NCBI GenBank assembly: GCA_965203905.1
Contig: CBDBDQ010000005.1
Coordinates: 1,472,001 to 1,536,000, forward strand
Direction of reading: 5' to 3'
DNA length: 64,000 nucleotides
Origin: Spirochaetia bacterium
Lineage (GTDB): Bacteria > Spirochaetota > Spirochaetia > SZUA-6 > Bin103
Numbering within the stretch: the stretch's first letter is position 1; each line of letters begins with the position of its first letter. A program made the translations under genes and the position numbers. A model generated the notes under the pieces. The model was not told the origin of the DNA, searched no databases, and saw only the letters and a list, made by a program, of their open reading frames with translations. Shown one piece after another: positions 48,758-59,385 of the stretch.

Positions 48758-48837
48758 TTTTCAGGGGCCAGGACGCCGGGGCAGGGGCCCGTGGGCGAAG
48801 CTGTGCCGATGATTTGCGCCATGTGGGGGATGAGGCG

Positions 48838-50571
48838 ATGGCCTACGAAGTGACTGCGGCACGCAAACGGCCACGTACCTTCGATCAGATCGTGGGCCAG
48901 GAATTCGTCGTGGCGACCCTGCGCGGGGCCATCGAACGGCGCCGGATAGCCCACGCCTTCCTGTTCTCGGGACCGCGCGGGGTGGGCAAGACATCCGCCG
49001 CCCGGGTCCTCGCGCGGGCTCTCAACTGCGCCTCCGGGCCGACCCCGGAGCCTTGCGATAATTGTAGTCAGTGTAAGGAAATAATTGCAGGATCGGCGCT
49101 CGACGTAATCGAGATAGACGGAGCCTCGAATACCAGTGTGGACGACGTGCGGGCGATCAAGGACGAGGTTCTGTTTCCCCCCGCGGCCGCGCGCTACAAG
49201 GTGTACATCATCGACGAGGTGCACATGCTCTCCAACAGCGCGTTCAATGCGCTGTTGAAGACCATCGAGGAACCGCCCCCATACGTGGTCTTCATCTTCG
49301 CCACCACCGAGATCCACAAGGTTCCGGCCACCATCCGCTCGCGCTGTCAGCAGTTCACGTTCCGCCTGTTCTCCACCGATGAAATCCGCCAGCGACTCGC
49401 CGAGGTGGCACGCGAGCTCGCGCTCGAGACCGACGAGGAGGCGCTGATCTGGATCGCCAAGGAGGCGGAAGGGTCGTTGCGCGACGCCTACACCACCTTC
49501 GACCAGATCGCCTCGTTCACCGGCGATGGGCGGATCAGCGTCAGCGCCATCCGCGACACCGTCGGCGCGTTGAGCATGGACGAACTCAATCAGGTGGGGG
49601 AGCTGATCGGCAGCGATGACGGCAACGCCATGCTCGCCCTGGCCGACACCATCCTGGAGCGTGGCGTTTCGGTGGAGCGCTTCGGCCTCGCGCTGGCGGA
49701 CTATCTGCGCTCACTGCTGTTGCTGCGCCACGGAGTCGAACGGCCCGGGATACTCGGCTACGCACCGCAGAGCTTCAGCGAGCGGGCCCGCTCGCGGCTC
49801 AAGGTGAGCGAGCTCGAACTGGCCGGTGAAATGCTGCTGGAGCTGCACCGCAACCTGAAACAGTCGGTCAATCCACGCTTCGAGCTGGAGTTGCTCCTGA
49901 GCCGTCTGGCACGGGTCCAGGGGCTGGTCACCCCGGATGAGCTGCTCGCCGAGGTCAGCGCCATCAAGGGCCAGTTCCAGGCGGAGGGCAGCCGGCCGGC
50001 GCCACCGCCGGCCGCGCGCCAGGACGCGCCGGCACCTGCCCCTTCCGGCAGTCTGCGCCGGGAGTCGGGCACGGCCCAAGCCGCACCGGCGGCTGCGCGC
50101 GCCGGTGGCCAGGGCGCGCCGCCGGCCGCCGCGCCGGCGCCGGTGTCCCCGACCGCGCCAGCGGACACCGGCGCGGCACCCGCGGCGGCCCCGGAACCGG
50201 CCGCACGGCAACCCGCGCCGCCGCCGGCCGCGGAAGGGCTGCTGGCGAAGCTCGGTTCGCAGATCCGCGCACACGAACAGCTCGCCCTCGCGGCATCCCT
50301 GGAACGGGCACAGGAGGCGGCGCTTTCCGATGACCAGGTAACGATCACGTTCGGTTCGGGCGAGCGCTACTCGGGGCAGCACGTGATCGGCGAGCAGCGC
50401 GCGGTCGCCGCCGCCGCCGCCGCGGTGGTGGGGCGTCCGGTAAGCGTCAAGGTGAATTACCGCCGCGACGGCGAGCAGCCTCGAGCGGACACTGCCGGTG
50501 GCGGCGACGTACAACGGTTCCTGAAGGTGTTCCGCGGCGAAGTGGTAAAGGAGATCTCATTTGGCACATAA
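48838..50571 (+). CDS. dnaX: DNA polymerase III gamma/tau
   Basis: ARKRPRTF, GPRGVGKTS, EIDGASN, IIDEVHML, FNALLKTIEEPP, SRC. Confidence 0.97.
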   Translation: MAYEVTAARKRPRTFDQIVGQEFVVATLRGAIERRRIAHAFLFSGPRGVGKTSAARVLARALNCASGPTPEPCDNCSQCKEIIAGSALDVIEIDGASNTSVDDVRAIKDEVLFPPAAARYKVYIIDEVHMLSNSAFNALLKTIEEPPPYVVFIFATTEIHKVPATIRSRCQQFTFRLFSTDEIRQRLAEVARELALETDEEALIWIAKEAEGSLRDAYTTFDQIASFTGDGRISVSAIRDTVGALSMDELNQVGELIGSDDGNAMLALADTILERGVSVERFGLALADYLRSLLLLRHGVERPGILGYAPQSFSERARSRLKVSELELAGEMLLELHRNLKQSVNPRFELELLLSRLARVQGLVTPDELLAEVSAIKGQFQAEGSRPAPPPAARQDAPAPAPSGSLRRESGTAQAAPAAARAGGQGAPPAAAPAPVSPTAPADTGAAPAAAPEPAARQPAPPPAAEGLLAKLGSQIRAHEQLALAASLERAQEAALSDDQVTITFGSGERYSGQHVIGEQRAVAAAAAAVVGRPVSVKVNYRRDGEQPRADTAGGGDVQRFLKVFRGEVVKEISFGT

Positions 50572-50884
50572 CCCATTGGACTTTCTCAAGGTGATCCAGG
50601 GCCTGCAGCGCAACATGGGCAACATGGAGGAGAAGCTGCGCGCCGTACGCGTCACGGGCAGCGCCGGCGGTGACATGGTCGAGGTGGTGCTCAACGGACA
50701 CCTGGAGGTGCTGCAGGTGAAGTTGGCCCCCGACAGCATCGACCCCAATGATCGGGAGATGCTCGAGGACCTGGTGCGCGCCGCGTTCACCGATGCCATT
50801 GGCAAGGTAAAGGAGAATCTGCGCGGCGAGTTCAGCTCCGCCATGGGCATGCCGCTGCCGCCGGGACTGTTCGGGGCGTCGTAG
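50561..50884 (+). CDS. ebfC: YbaB/EbfC nucleoid-associated protein
   Basis: GSAGGDMV, DREMLEDLV.AA; located between dnaX and recR. Confidence 0.92.
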   Translation: MAHNPLDFLKVIQGLQRNMGNMEEKLRAVRVTGSAGGDMVEVVLNGHLEVLQVKLAPDSIDPNDREMLEDLVRAAFTDAIGKVKENLRGEFSSAMGMPLPPGLFGAS

Positions 50885-50897
50885 CGGCGCACACGTC

Positions 50898-51488
50898 GTG
50901 AACAGTCTGGAGCGACTCGTCACCGCCCTGGCCAAGTTGCCGGGATTGGGGCGCAAGAGCGCGGCCCGGCTGGCCTATCACCTGCTGCGCGCCGATCCAT
51001 CCTACGTGCGTGGGCTGGCCGCGGACCTGGTGGCTCTGCGCGAGCGCATCCGGCCGTGCCGCGTGTGCGGGGCCTACACCGAGGCGGAGCACTGCCGGAT
51101 CTGCTCCGATCCGGGGCGTGACCCGAACTACGTGTGCGTGGTGGAGCAGCCGCAGGACGTGGAGACGATCGAGGCGACCGGCGAGTTTCGCGGCCGCTAC
51201 CACGTGCTGATGGGGGTGCTCTCGCCGCTGGACGGAGTTGGACCCGAGGACTTGCGTATCGATCCGCTGCTGCAACGGGTACGGGCCGAGGACGTGCGCG
51301 AGGTAATCGTTGCGACCAACCCCACGGTGGAGGGGGAGGCCACCGCGCTGCTGCTGGCCAAGCAGCTCAAGGCCCTCGGCGTGACCACCTCGCAGCTCGC
51401 CCATGGCCTGCCCGTGGGCAGCGATCTGGAGTATTCCGATCGCCTTACGGTAAGCCGCGCGCTGCGCGGACGGGTGCGTCTGGACTGA
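50898..51488 (+). CDS. recR: Recombination protein RecR
   Basis: LPGLGRKSA, C4 zinc finger, YHVL.G.LSPLDG, ATNPTVEGEAT. Confidence 0.97.
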   Translation: MNSLERLVTALAKLPGLGRKSAARLAYHLLRADPSYVRGLAADLVALRERIRPCRVCGAYTEAEHCRICSDPGRDPNYVCVVEQPQDVETIEATGEFRGRYHVLMGVLSPLDGVGPEDLRIDPLLQRVRAEDVREVIVATNPTVEGEATALLLAKQLKALGVTTSQLAHGLPVGSDLEYSDRLTVSRALRGRVRLD

Positions 51489-51490
51489 CT

Positions 51491-52951
51491 TCAGATCTTG
51501 TCGATCAGGATGGAGCACTTGCCGGACGGGATCGGCAGCGTCTTGCGGCGCTCTTCGCGCAGCACGTTGATGGTCAGATAGTAGAGTTTCTCCGACTCCA
51601 GCCGCACTTCCCAGCCGCGCGCGCTCTTGGCGCTGAGAATCGAGATCAGGTTGCGCTTGAGCAGCAGGTTCTCGATGCCCATGATCTCCATCACCGGGAT
51701 GCGCCAGTCGACCGTCTTGCGCGGCAGGGATATGAACAGTCCCACCACGTTCTCGATCATCAGCGTCACCGTGCTGAGGGCGTTGTAGGCCATCAGCAAC
51801 TGGCGCGGAAACCCGCGCTTGCCGTTCCACCTGGCGGGACCCTCGCGCTGCGGGGCGTAGGCTTCGTACAGAGATCCGGCAGCCCCCTCCTCGGGGTGCA
51901 GCCCGTCGAGCACGTAGTAGAGATGGCGCAGGACGAATTCGCGTGCCATGTCGTACTTCCCGTACTTCTCGAGACCCTTGATCACCATGTAGTTGAACGG
52001 GGGTACCACCGACCCCTTGTAGCCGGCGCCTTCCCGTGAAAAGGCCGCGTGGGCGGCCGACAGGGTCGGAAACGGGTGCTCCACGCCGAACTCGTTCGCG
52101 TCGCTCAGGTAGGCGATGAGGCGTTCGCTCTTTTCCTCGTTGGGAATCTCCGCCAGCAACGTCCAGAACGCGCCGATGGTGCGCACCGACAGACGCTGCT
52201 GGTGACGGTCCAGGTCGTAGTAGAAGCCGGTCGCGTCATCCCACATCTTCTGGCTGATGCGGGTCTTCAGGGCGAAGTACGCGCGCTTGTACTTGAAGCT
52301 GGTGTCCTTGTCGTTGAGCACGTCGCCGATCGCCGACAGGTACAGGGCGTTGAGTGCCTGCTGGGCGTTGAAGTCCAGCGGGTAGTAGCAGCCGTCGCGA
52401 GGGCTGTTGCCCATCATGGTGGCGGCCGCCGGCACCGAGTAGAGGCCGTTTTCCTTGCGGTGCGTGGTCTGCAGCCATTCGAAATGGCGCTCCAGTGTCG
52501 GGAGCACCTCGCGCAATCGTTTCTTGGTACCCAGCTTGTGGTAGAGGTTGAACTCCGCCCAGGAGAACAGTGGCGGTGCCGCACCCGTGGGGTTGGACCT
52601 GGGCAGCACCGGGCTGCCATCCTCGATCAGGTACTCGCCGCGGATGGCGCCGTCTTCCTCCTGCTTCTGGTAGAAGGTGTCCAGTTGCGCGGTTACCGGA
52701 TAGGTACGGTTGCTGTAGACCAGAAAGAAGGTGGAGAAGCAGGCCTCGAACTGGTTGATGCGTTCCGCCGCGGGGTGGCAGAAGTAGCGCGCGGTGAAAC
52801 CGTTGGCACAGGTCCCCTTGTGCCATTGGTCGCGGATCCACGACCATGAGCGCTCGTACAGGTTGACCAGGTCCTGGTCGTAGAAGTTGATTTCCGGGAA
52901 GTCGGACTTGACAGCCCGTTGCCGTATCGCGTCACCCATGCTGGCGGTCAC
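51491..52951 (-). CDS. (alpha/alpha)6 glycoside hydrolase, GH63/MGH1/trehalase-like
   Basis: PPLFSWAE, MGNSPR, MWD..TGFYYD, EF...HPFPTLS, Y.GSV.PP.NYMVI.GL. Confidence 0.78.
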   Translation of the reverse strand: MTASMGDAIRQRAVKSDFPEINFYDQDLVNLYERSWSWIRDQWHKGTCANGFTARYFCHPAAERINQFEACFSTFFLVYSNRTYPVTAQLDTFYQKQEEDGAIRGEYLIEDGSPVLPRSNPTGAAPPLFSWAEFNLYHKLGTKKRLREVLPTLERHFEWLQTTHRKENGLYSVPAAATMMGNSPRDGCYYPLDFNAQQALNALYLSAIGDVLNDKDTSFKYKRAYFALKTRISQKMWDDATGFYYDLDRHQQRLSVRTIGAFWTLLAEIPNEEKSERLIAYLSDANEFGVEHPFPTLSAAHAAFSREGAGYKGSVVPPFNYMVIKGLEKYGKYDMAREFVLRHLYYVLDGLHPEEGAAGSLYEAYAPQREGPARWNGKRGFPRQLLMAYNALSTVTLMIENVVGLFISLPRKTVDWRIPVMEIMGIENLLLKRNLISILSAKSARGWEVRLESEKLYYLTINVLREERRKTLPIPSGKCSILIDKI

Positions 52952-53127
52952 CGTGACGTGGCTGGCTGGCAGCCGCTGGCCGGTGCTATCCTGAAAGACT
53001 ATACGGGTCTGGTTCCGCCCGCGTCAAATTGGCCCGCTGTTTGCTAGCAGAACGGGCATGCGCGGCGTGCGGCGCCGGCCCTTGCCTTGACAGGGCGCCG
53101 ACCGAGCACCCATGCTAGCACGATCCG

Positions 53128-53442
53128 ATGCAGCAACACACCACGCTCAGCGAAGCGGAGCTCGACGTTACCGCGTACATGGCGCGGTTGCGCCTGAGCA
53201 GCGCGGAACGCGAACGCCTCCGCACCGAGGTGCAGCAGATCCTCTCCTACTTCGACCTCATGGCGGCGCTCGACGTAAGCGGCGTCGAACCCACGACCCA
53301 TGCGCTGCAGCCGCGCAATCGGCTGCGCCCGGATCGGGTCGTGGCGGCCGACCGGCGCTGGCCCGGTGCCACGCCGGAGCGTCTGCTCGACGCGGCGCCG
53401 GAATGCGAAGACGACCACTTCAGCGTGCCGAACGTCCTGTAA
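53128..53442 (+). CDS. gatC: Asp/Glu-tRNA amidotransferase subunit C
   Basis: MARLRL, ILSYF..M..LDVSGVEPT, APE..DDHFSVP. Confidence 0.92.
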   Translation: MQQHTTLSEAELDVTAYMARLRLSSAERERLRTEVQQILSYFDLMAALDVSGVEPTTHALQPRNRLRPDRVVAADRRWPGATPERLLDAAPECEDDHFSVPNVL

Positions 53443-53524
53443 CGGGCCGTGTCGGGAGTCTCATGAGCAACGTTTCAGCGGTCACAACGGCGACGCGCCG
53501 CGCGGTTACGGGGAGGAGGCGGTG

Positions 53525-54988
53525 GTGAACGGCGCCGCACCGGGGGTTGCGGTGTGGCGGGAGCTGCTCGCCACCAGCGCCGGGACCAGACGCTGGCAGC
53601 GCGCGGCGGTTGCCGCCAACGCCGAGTTGAACGCGTTCACCGAGGTGGACGCCGAACGCGACCGGGACGGCGCCGCCGATGGCGCCGCGGGCACCGGCGA
53701 GTCTGCCGCCGGCACCGGCGCATTGGCCGGGGTGCCGTTTGCGGTCAAGGACAACATCGCGGTACGCGGCTTCTCCCTCTCCTGCGGTTCGGCGCTGCTG
53801 CGTCCGTTGACGGCGCCCTATACCGCCACCGCCGTCGCCCGCCTGCAGGCTGCCGGGGCCCGCGTGGTGGGCAAGACCAACCTGGACGAGTTCGGGATGG
53901 GCTCCTCCAGCGAGAACTCCTGCTTCGGGGCGGTGCGCAACCCCTGGGACCGGGGGGTGGTGGCCGGCGGCTCCAGCGGCGGTTCGGCCGCGGCGGTGGC
54001 GGCCGGCATGGTGCCCTTTGCGCTCGGCTCGGACACCGGTGGCTCGGTGCGCCAGCCGGCCTCGTTCTGCGGCGTCTACGGCCTCAAGCCCACCTACGGC
54101 GCCGTGTCCCGCTTCGGTCTGGTGGCGTACGCCTCGTCCCTGGACGTGATCGGCATCACCGCCGCGGAGGTCGCCACCGCGCGCGCGGTGTTCGAGACCA
54201 TTCGCGGCGTGGACCAGCTCGACCAGTCATCGGTGGACTACCCGGAGCCGCCGCGGCAGGCGCCGCTGGAGTCGCTGGTGATCGGCATACCGGAGGGCGT
54301 CCTGGAGGGCGTGGACCCGGCGGTGCGGGCCGGGGTGCTCGCGACCCGCGAGCGGCTGCAGAGTCTCGGGATCCGGTGCGTACCGGTGGCCCTCGGGTCC
54401 CTCGACTACGTGGTGCCGGCCTACTACGTGATCGCCACCGCGGAGGCAAGCGCCAACCTGGCGCGCTACGACGGGGTGCGCTACGGTGCCCGCGGCGCGG
54501 AGGACGCGGCCGATTCCGAGGAGCTTACGGTGGCGGCGCGCAGCGCCGGCTTCGGTGCCGAGGTGAAGCTGCGCATCCTGGTGGGCACCTACGTGCTGCG
54601 CTCCGGGTTCCAGGAACAGTACTATCAACGCGCGCAACGGGTGCGGACCCTGATCCGGCACGCGTTCGAACAGGCATTCGAGGAGGTCGACCTGCTGCTG
54701 CTGCCCACCTTCCCGGTCCCGCCCTTCGCCCTCGGCGACGCCGGACTGGACGCCTTTCACCAGAAGCAGGGCGACCTGTTTACCTGCACCGCCAACCTGA
54801 CCGGCCTGCCGGCCCTGGCGCTGCCGAGCGCGGTGCATGAGGGGCTTCCGATCGGGGTGCAGCTCATCGCCCCCCACTTCCGCGAGGACCTGCTGTTCCA
54901 GGTGGCCACGCCGCTGGCGGCGCAGTACGCGGCGCCGCACCCGCCCGGCTATCTCGACCCGGCGACGCTGGCGGAGGCGGCGCGATGA
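53525..54988 (+). CDS. gatA: Asp/Glu-tRNA amidotransferase subunit A
   Basis: AVKDNI, GKTNLDEFGMGSS, GGSSGGS, SDTGGSVRQPA, NLARYDGVRYG. Confidence 0.95.
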   Translation: MNGAAPGVAVWRELLATSAGTRRWQRAAVAANAELNAFTEVDAERDRDGAADGAAGTGESAAGTGALAGVPFAVKDNIAVRGFSLSCGSALLRPLTAPYTATAVARLQAAGARVVGKTNLDEFGMGSSSENSCFGAVRNPWDRGVVAGGSSGGSAAAVAAGMVPFALGSDTGGSVRQPASFCGVYGLKPTYGAVSRFGLVAYASSLDVIGITAAEVATARAVFETIRGVDQLDQSSVDYPEPPRQAPLESLVIGIPEGVLEGVDPAVRAGVLATRERLQSLGIRCVPVALGSLDYVVPAYYVIATAEASANLARYDGVRYGARGAEDAADSEELTVAARSAGFGAEVKLRILVGTYVLRSGFQEQYYQRAQRVRTLIRHAFEQAFEEVDLLLLPTFPVPPFALGDAGLDAFHQKQGDLFTCTANLTGLPALALPSAVHEGLPIGVQLIAPHFREDLLFQVATPLAAQYAAPHPPGYLDPATLAEAAR

Positions 54989-56436
54989 CCGGCGCCGGGT
55001 GGCAGGCCCACATCGGGCTGGAGATTCACGTCCAGCTGATCACCGCTTCGAAGGTGTTCTGCCAGTGCCGCAACGCGTTCGGGGACCGGCCCAACGAGAA
55101 CGTGTGCCCGGTGTGCCTGGGTTATCCCGGCATTCTGCCGGCGCTGAACGCCGAGGCGGTGCTGAAGGCGTACGTGCTGGCGCGTTCCCTGGGCTGCGAG
55201 CTGAGCCCGCTCACCGTGTTCGAGCGCAAGAACTACTTCTACCCCGATCTGCCGAAGAACTACCAGATCTCCCAGTACGGGGCCCCGGTGGGCCGCGCCG
55301 GCAGCTTCTGCAGCGAGATCGACGGGCGCCGCGAGACGGTGGGAATCCGCGAGGTCCATCTGGAAGAGGATGCCGGCAAGATGATCCATGCCGGCGACGT
55401 GTCGCTGCTCGATTACAATCGCACCGGCACACCGCTGGTCGAGGTGGTCACCCAGCCCGACCTGGAGGGCGCCGGCGAGGCCGAGCAGTTCCTGGAGCAG
55501 TTCCGGCGCCTGGTGCGCTACCTGAAGGTGTGCGACGGCAACATGGAGCAGGGCTCGCTGCGCTGCGACGCCAACGTATCGGTGAACCGTCCCGGCGCCG
55601 GATTGGGAAGCAAAGTGGAGATCAAGAACCTCAACTCCTTCAAGTTCGTGCGCAACGCCCTCGCCTTCGAGATCAAGCGCCAGAGCGCGCAGCTCGCCCG
55701 TGGCGAGCAGGTGGCGGTGGAGACGCGGCTGTGGAACGAGAACCGCGACTGCACCGAGCCGATGCGGGTCAAGGAGAGCGAGGACGACTACCGTTACTTC
55801 CCGGAGCCGGACCTGCCCCCGTTCCGGCCCGACCAGGCGTTCCTGGCCGCGGTCGAGGAGCGGCTGGTGGAGTCGCCGCTGGCGCGCCGCGACCGGCTGC
55901 AAGAACAGCATGCGCTGCCGGCCCAACAGGCGGCCTTCATCACCGCCGAGCCGGAGACCGCGGAGTTCTTCGAGCAGACGGTGGCCGCCGGTGGCGATGC
56001 ATCGCAGGCGGCGCGCTGGCTGGGCGCCGACATTCGCAAGCACCTCAACCGGCGCCGGGAGACCCTGGGCGCGAGCCACCTGTCGCCGGCGCGGCTGGCG
56101 GCGCTGCTGGAGCTGCTGGCGGCGGGTACGGTGAGCGGCAAGATCGCCAAGCAGGTGCTGGAGACGGTGATCGAGCAGGACCGCGACCCGCAGGCTGTCG
56201 TGGCGGAGGACGGCCTGCGCCAGGTCACCGACGCCGCCGCGCTGCAACCGGTTCTGGACCGGGTGCTGGCGGACAATCCGCGCGTCGGCGAGCAGATCGC
56301 CGCCGGCGACCGCAAGCCGGTGGGATTCCTGGTCGGCCAGGTGATGCGCCATACCGCCGGCCGTGCCCAGCCCGACCAGGTGCATGGACTGATCGAAGCA
56401 CTGTACGCGCAGCAGGCCCCGGAGGCGCACCAATGA
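54985..56436 (+). CDS. gatB: Asp/Glu-tRNA amidotransferase subunit B
   Basis: IGLEIHVQL, RKNYFYPDLPK, HLEEDAGK, RCDANVS, DYRYFPEPDL. Confidence 0.97.
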   Translation: MTGAGWQAHIGLEIHVQLITASKVFCQCRNAFGDRPNENVCPVCLGYPGILPALNAEAVLKAYVLARSLGCELSPLTVFERKNYFYPDLPKNYQISQYGAPVGRAGSFCSEIDGRRETVGIREVHLEEDAGKMIHAGDVSLLDYNRTGTPLVEVVTQPDLEGAGEAEQFLEQFRRLVRYLKVCDGNMEQGSLRCDANVSVNRPGAGLGSKVEIKNLNSFKFVRNALAFEIKRQSAQLARGEQVAVETRLWNENRDCTEPMRVKESEDDYRYFPEPDLPPFRPDQAFLAAVEERLVESPLARRDRLQEQHALPAQQAAFITAEPETAEFFEQTVAAGGDASQAARWLGADIRKHLNRRRETLGASHLSPARLAALLELLAAGTVSGKIAKQVLETVIEQDRDPQAVVAEDGLRQVTDAAALQPVLDRVLADNPRVGEQIAAGDRKPVGFLVGQVMRHTAGRAQPDQVHGLIEALYAQQAPEAHQ

Positions 56437-57764
56437 GCAGGTCGGAGGGCGAGCCGCTGGCGGCACCCCCCGAGCGGGTCCTGGCGGGCGAGCTGGCGCG
56501 CCAGGTTGGCTGCGGCGTGTTGCTGCGCGGCTGGGTGCACCGCCAGCGCGACCTGGGCGGGGTGTGCTTCCTGCTGCTGCGCGACCGCTCCGGGCTGTGT
56601 CAGGTGGTGTTCCGCAGCGCGCCCACCGACGCGGCGGGCAATCCGCTTACCCTGGAGTCGGTGGTCGAGGTGCGCGGTGCGGTGGCGGCCAACGGCAAGG
56701 CGCCCGGCGGCTACGAGGTGCAGGCCGAGTCGCTGGCGGTGATTTCCAGTGCCGCGCCGGAGCTGCCGCTGGCGGTGAACCAGGATCCGGGACAGCTCAG
56801 CCTGGAGGCGATGCTGGAGCATCGCATGGTGAGCCTGCGCAACCCCAAGACGCTGGCGATCTTCCGCCTGCAGGCCGAGATCGTGCGCCTGTTTGCCGAG
56901 CACCTGCGCCGCGAAGGGTTCACCGAGATCAAGTCCTCCAAGCTGATCGGCAGCGGCACGGAGGGCGGCACCGGGCTGTTCGCGGTGGAGTACTTCGACC
57001 GTACCGTGTACCTGGCGCAGTCGCCGCAGCTCTACAAGCAGGCGATGGTGGCGGCCGGCCTGGAACGGGTGTTCGAGATCGGCATGGCCTACCGCGCCGA
57101 GAAGCACGACACCCCGCGGCACATCAACGAGTACGTCTCGCTGGACGTGGAGATGGCGTTCATCGACAGCGAGCACGACCTGATGGACCTGGAGCAGCGG
57201 TTGCTGGGCGCCATATTCGCGGGACTGGAGCGCGACGCGGCCGGAATCCTGGCGCAGTGGGACGCGCAGGTGCCGGATGCCGCCGCCGTGGCCGCCATAC
57301 CGCGCCTGACCCATGACGAGGCGCGCGCCGTGGTCGGCGCCGCCAGCGGCCGCCGGGTCTACGAGATCAACCCGGAGGGGGAGCGCGTGCTGTGTGAATG
57401 GGCGGCCGCCGAGCACGGCGTCGACGCGGTGTTCGTGTACGGCTATCCGCGCCGCAAGCGGCCCTTCTACACCTTCCCCAGCGCCGGCAACAAGACCATG
57501 TCGTTCGACCTGCTGTTCCGCGGCCAGGAGATCACCTCCGGCGGGCGCCGCATCAACGACCACGGCGCGCTGGTGGAGAGCCTGCGGCGGTTCGGCCTGG
57601 AGCCCGCCGCGATGGCCGATTACCTGTCGGTGTTCCGCTACGGCTGCCCGCCGCACGGCGGCTTCGCCATCGGCCTGGAGCGGCTGACCCAGACCATCCT
57701 CGGCCTCGCCAGCGTCAAGCAGGCAACCCTGTTCCCGCGCGACCGCAAGCGGGTACGTCCGTGA
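56433..57764 (+). CDS. aspS: Aspartate-tRNA(Asp/Asn) ligase, short archaeal-type, probably non-discriminating
   Basis: RGWVH, LAQSPQLYKQ, RAEKH, EITSGG.RI, GCPPHGGFAIGLERL, LFPRD; in the gatCAB operon. Confidence 0.93.
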   Translation: MSRSEGEPLAAPPERVLAGELARQVGCGVLLRGWVHRQRDLGGVCFLLLRDRSGLCQVVFRSAPTDAAGNPLTLESVVEVRGAVAANGKAPGGYEVQAESLAVISSAAPELPLAVNQDPGQLSLEAMLEHRMVSLRNPKTLAIFRLQAEIVRLFAEHLRREGFTEIKSSKLIGSGTEGGTGLFAVEYFDRTVYLAQSPQLYKQAMVAAGLERVFEIGMAYRAEKHDTPRHINEYVSLDVEMAFIDSEHDLMDLEQRLLGAIFAGLERDAAGILAQWDAQVPDAAAVAAIPRLTHDEARAVVGAASGRRVYEINPEGERVLCEWAAAEHGVDAVFVYGYPRRKRPFYTFPSAGNKTMSFDLLFRGQEITSGGRRINDHGALVESLRRFGLEPAAMADYLSVFRYGCPPHGGFAIGLERLTQTILGLASVKQATLFPRDRKRVRP

Positions 57765-58488
57765 CGCCGTTCCCCGTCCGCAGGTAGGCGGCTACCGCGC
57801 GCGGGTGTGCGAGCAGGCGCGCGGCTCCGGCGGCGAGCAGGGAGCGCGCGCTGCGGTAGCCCCAGGTGGCGCCGACCGGCAGGGCACCGCAGCGGCGCGC
57901 GGCCAGCATGTCGGTCTCGCCATCCCCCACCAGCAGCAGGTGCCGCGGCGCCAGGCGCAGCATGCGGGCCACGGCCACGACCCCGGCGGGATCGGGCTTC
58001 GCCGCCCGTGGCGGCTGCAGCCCCAGCACCGCGTGGAAGGGCACGTCCGGGAACACGCCGCGCACGACCATCAGGGTCTCCTCGTGCAGCTTGTTGGAAA
58101 GCACCGCCAGCGGGACGCGGCGCCGGAGCAGCTCGGCCAGCAACCAGCGGACTCCCGGGTAGGGGCGGGTGGTGCGCAGTGCGTGGCGGCGATAGTGGGT
58201 GCGCATCAGGGTACGGGCGGCCGTCACCTGGCTCTGGTCGCGGCGGGCGGGTGGCAGGGCGCCGGCGATCATCACCTCGATGCCGGCTCCGATGAGCGGC
58301 AGATAGAATTCGAACGGGTGGGTGGGGTATCCCAGCTCGTCCAGGGTGGCGTTCATGGCCGCGGCCAGGTCAGGCAGCGAGTCGACCAGCGTGCCGTCGA
58401 GGTCGAAGATCACGGCTCCGGGCGGTGGAAGGCGAGGGCTGCGCAAGACGCGGTATCTTAAGCGCGCCGGTGCGCTTGATCCACCCAC
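57715..58488 (-). CDS. HAD family hydrolase (phosphoglycolate phosphatase-like)
   Basis: FDLDGTLVDS, LSNK, KPDP, VGDGETD; start uncertain. Confidence 0.9.
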   Translation of the reverse strand: MGGSSAPARLRYRVLRSPRLPPPGAVIFDLDGTLVDSLPDLAAAMNATLDELGYPTHPFEFYLPLIGAGIEVMIAGALPPARRDQSQVTAARTLMRTHYRRHALRTTRPYPGVRWLLAELLRRRVPLAVLSNKLHEETLMVVRGVFPDVPFHAVLGLQPPRAAKPDPAGVVAVARMLRLAPRHLLLVGDGETDMLAARRCGALPVGATWGYRSARSLLAAGAARLLAHPRAVAAYLRTGNGVTDVPACGRAGTGLPA

Positions 58489-58510
58489 GTCGGTCAGCGG
58501 GTCGGCGAGG

Positions 58511-59332
58511 TCAGTGGTCGAACCTCGGGGCCACGGGCGAGATGGTCACGCCGGTGCCGTCCGTCTGCAGCGCCAGAGCCCGGCCGTCATCGGCGAGCAA
58601 CAGGTGGTAGCCGCCGGGCACGGCCAGTGTGAGCCGCGCGCGGCCGTCGCTCAGCAGCGGCGGGGCAAAGGGGTTCCACCACACCCAGCGCCCGGCCGGA
58701 AGCTGAACCTCGACGCCGCGCTGCGGCAGCGGCCGGATCGCCGCGCTGCTCATGGCGTCGGCGCCCAGCGCCGCGAGGATGGCCGCGCGGTCCAGTTGCC
58801 AGGGGTTGCCCGCCGCGCGAGCCGTGATCTCACGGTCCAGGCGCTCCACGTTGAGCAGCCACGGGGCGGCGCCGCCCCGCCACAGGTCCAGCACCAGGCT
58901 GGCCAGGAGGCCGCGCTCCCAGGTAACCTCCAGGGCCCCCGAACGGGCAGCGCTGACCGGTACCACCGCACCGGCGGGACGCAGCAGTCTGCCGTTGCCG
59001 GCGCGCGCAACCGCCGCCGCGCCCCCTTCCGCCGCGGGTCCGGTGACCCGGGGCCGGGCCACGATCACCGAAGCCGGGTAGCGTCCGAGCGGCAGCGCCA
59101 GCGTGGCGCCGGGGCGCGCTGCCGGCAACTGCCGCTGGCGGCCGTCGCGGCCGTCGACCAGGGTAAGCTCCAGGACCACTTCGAAGTGGCGCCATGCCGG
59201 CGGCAGCTCCGGGAGGTGCACCAGCCGGTGCTCCTGCCACAGGTCGCACCCGGCCAGCACCGTGCTGGCGATACCCAGGACCGCCGTTACCATTGCCCGC
59301 GCGGCGCACCGCGCCGCTGTGCTACGTGTCAC
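58511..59332 (-). CDS. Hypothetical lipoprotein
   Basis: Lipobox LAG-C after a hydrophobic stretch; fits between neighbours on the same strand. Confidence 0.65.
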   Translation of the reverse strand: MTRSTAARCAARAMVTAVLGIASTVLAGCDLWQEHRLVHLPELPPAWRHFEVVLELTLVDGRDGRQRQLPAARPGATLALPLGRYPASVIVARPRVTGPAAEGGAAAVARAGNGRLLRPAGAVVPVSAARSGALEVTWERGLLASLVLDLWRGGAAPWLLNVERLDREITARAAGNPWQLDRAAILAALGADAMSSAAIRPLPQRGVEVQLPAGRWVWWNPFAPPLLSDGRARLTLAVPGGYHLLLADDGRALALQTDGTGVTISPVAPRFDH

Positions 59333-59385
59333 ACCCTGAACAACGGCCGGCTGTCAGTGTCGCTCTTATTCGGGCGAAAAAGCTG

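Noticed and set aside
52030-52043. CTTCCCGTGAAAA partial parS match
   Set aside because: Lies inside a CDS with several mismatches in one arm; likely chance
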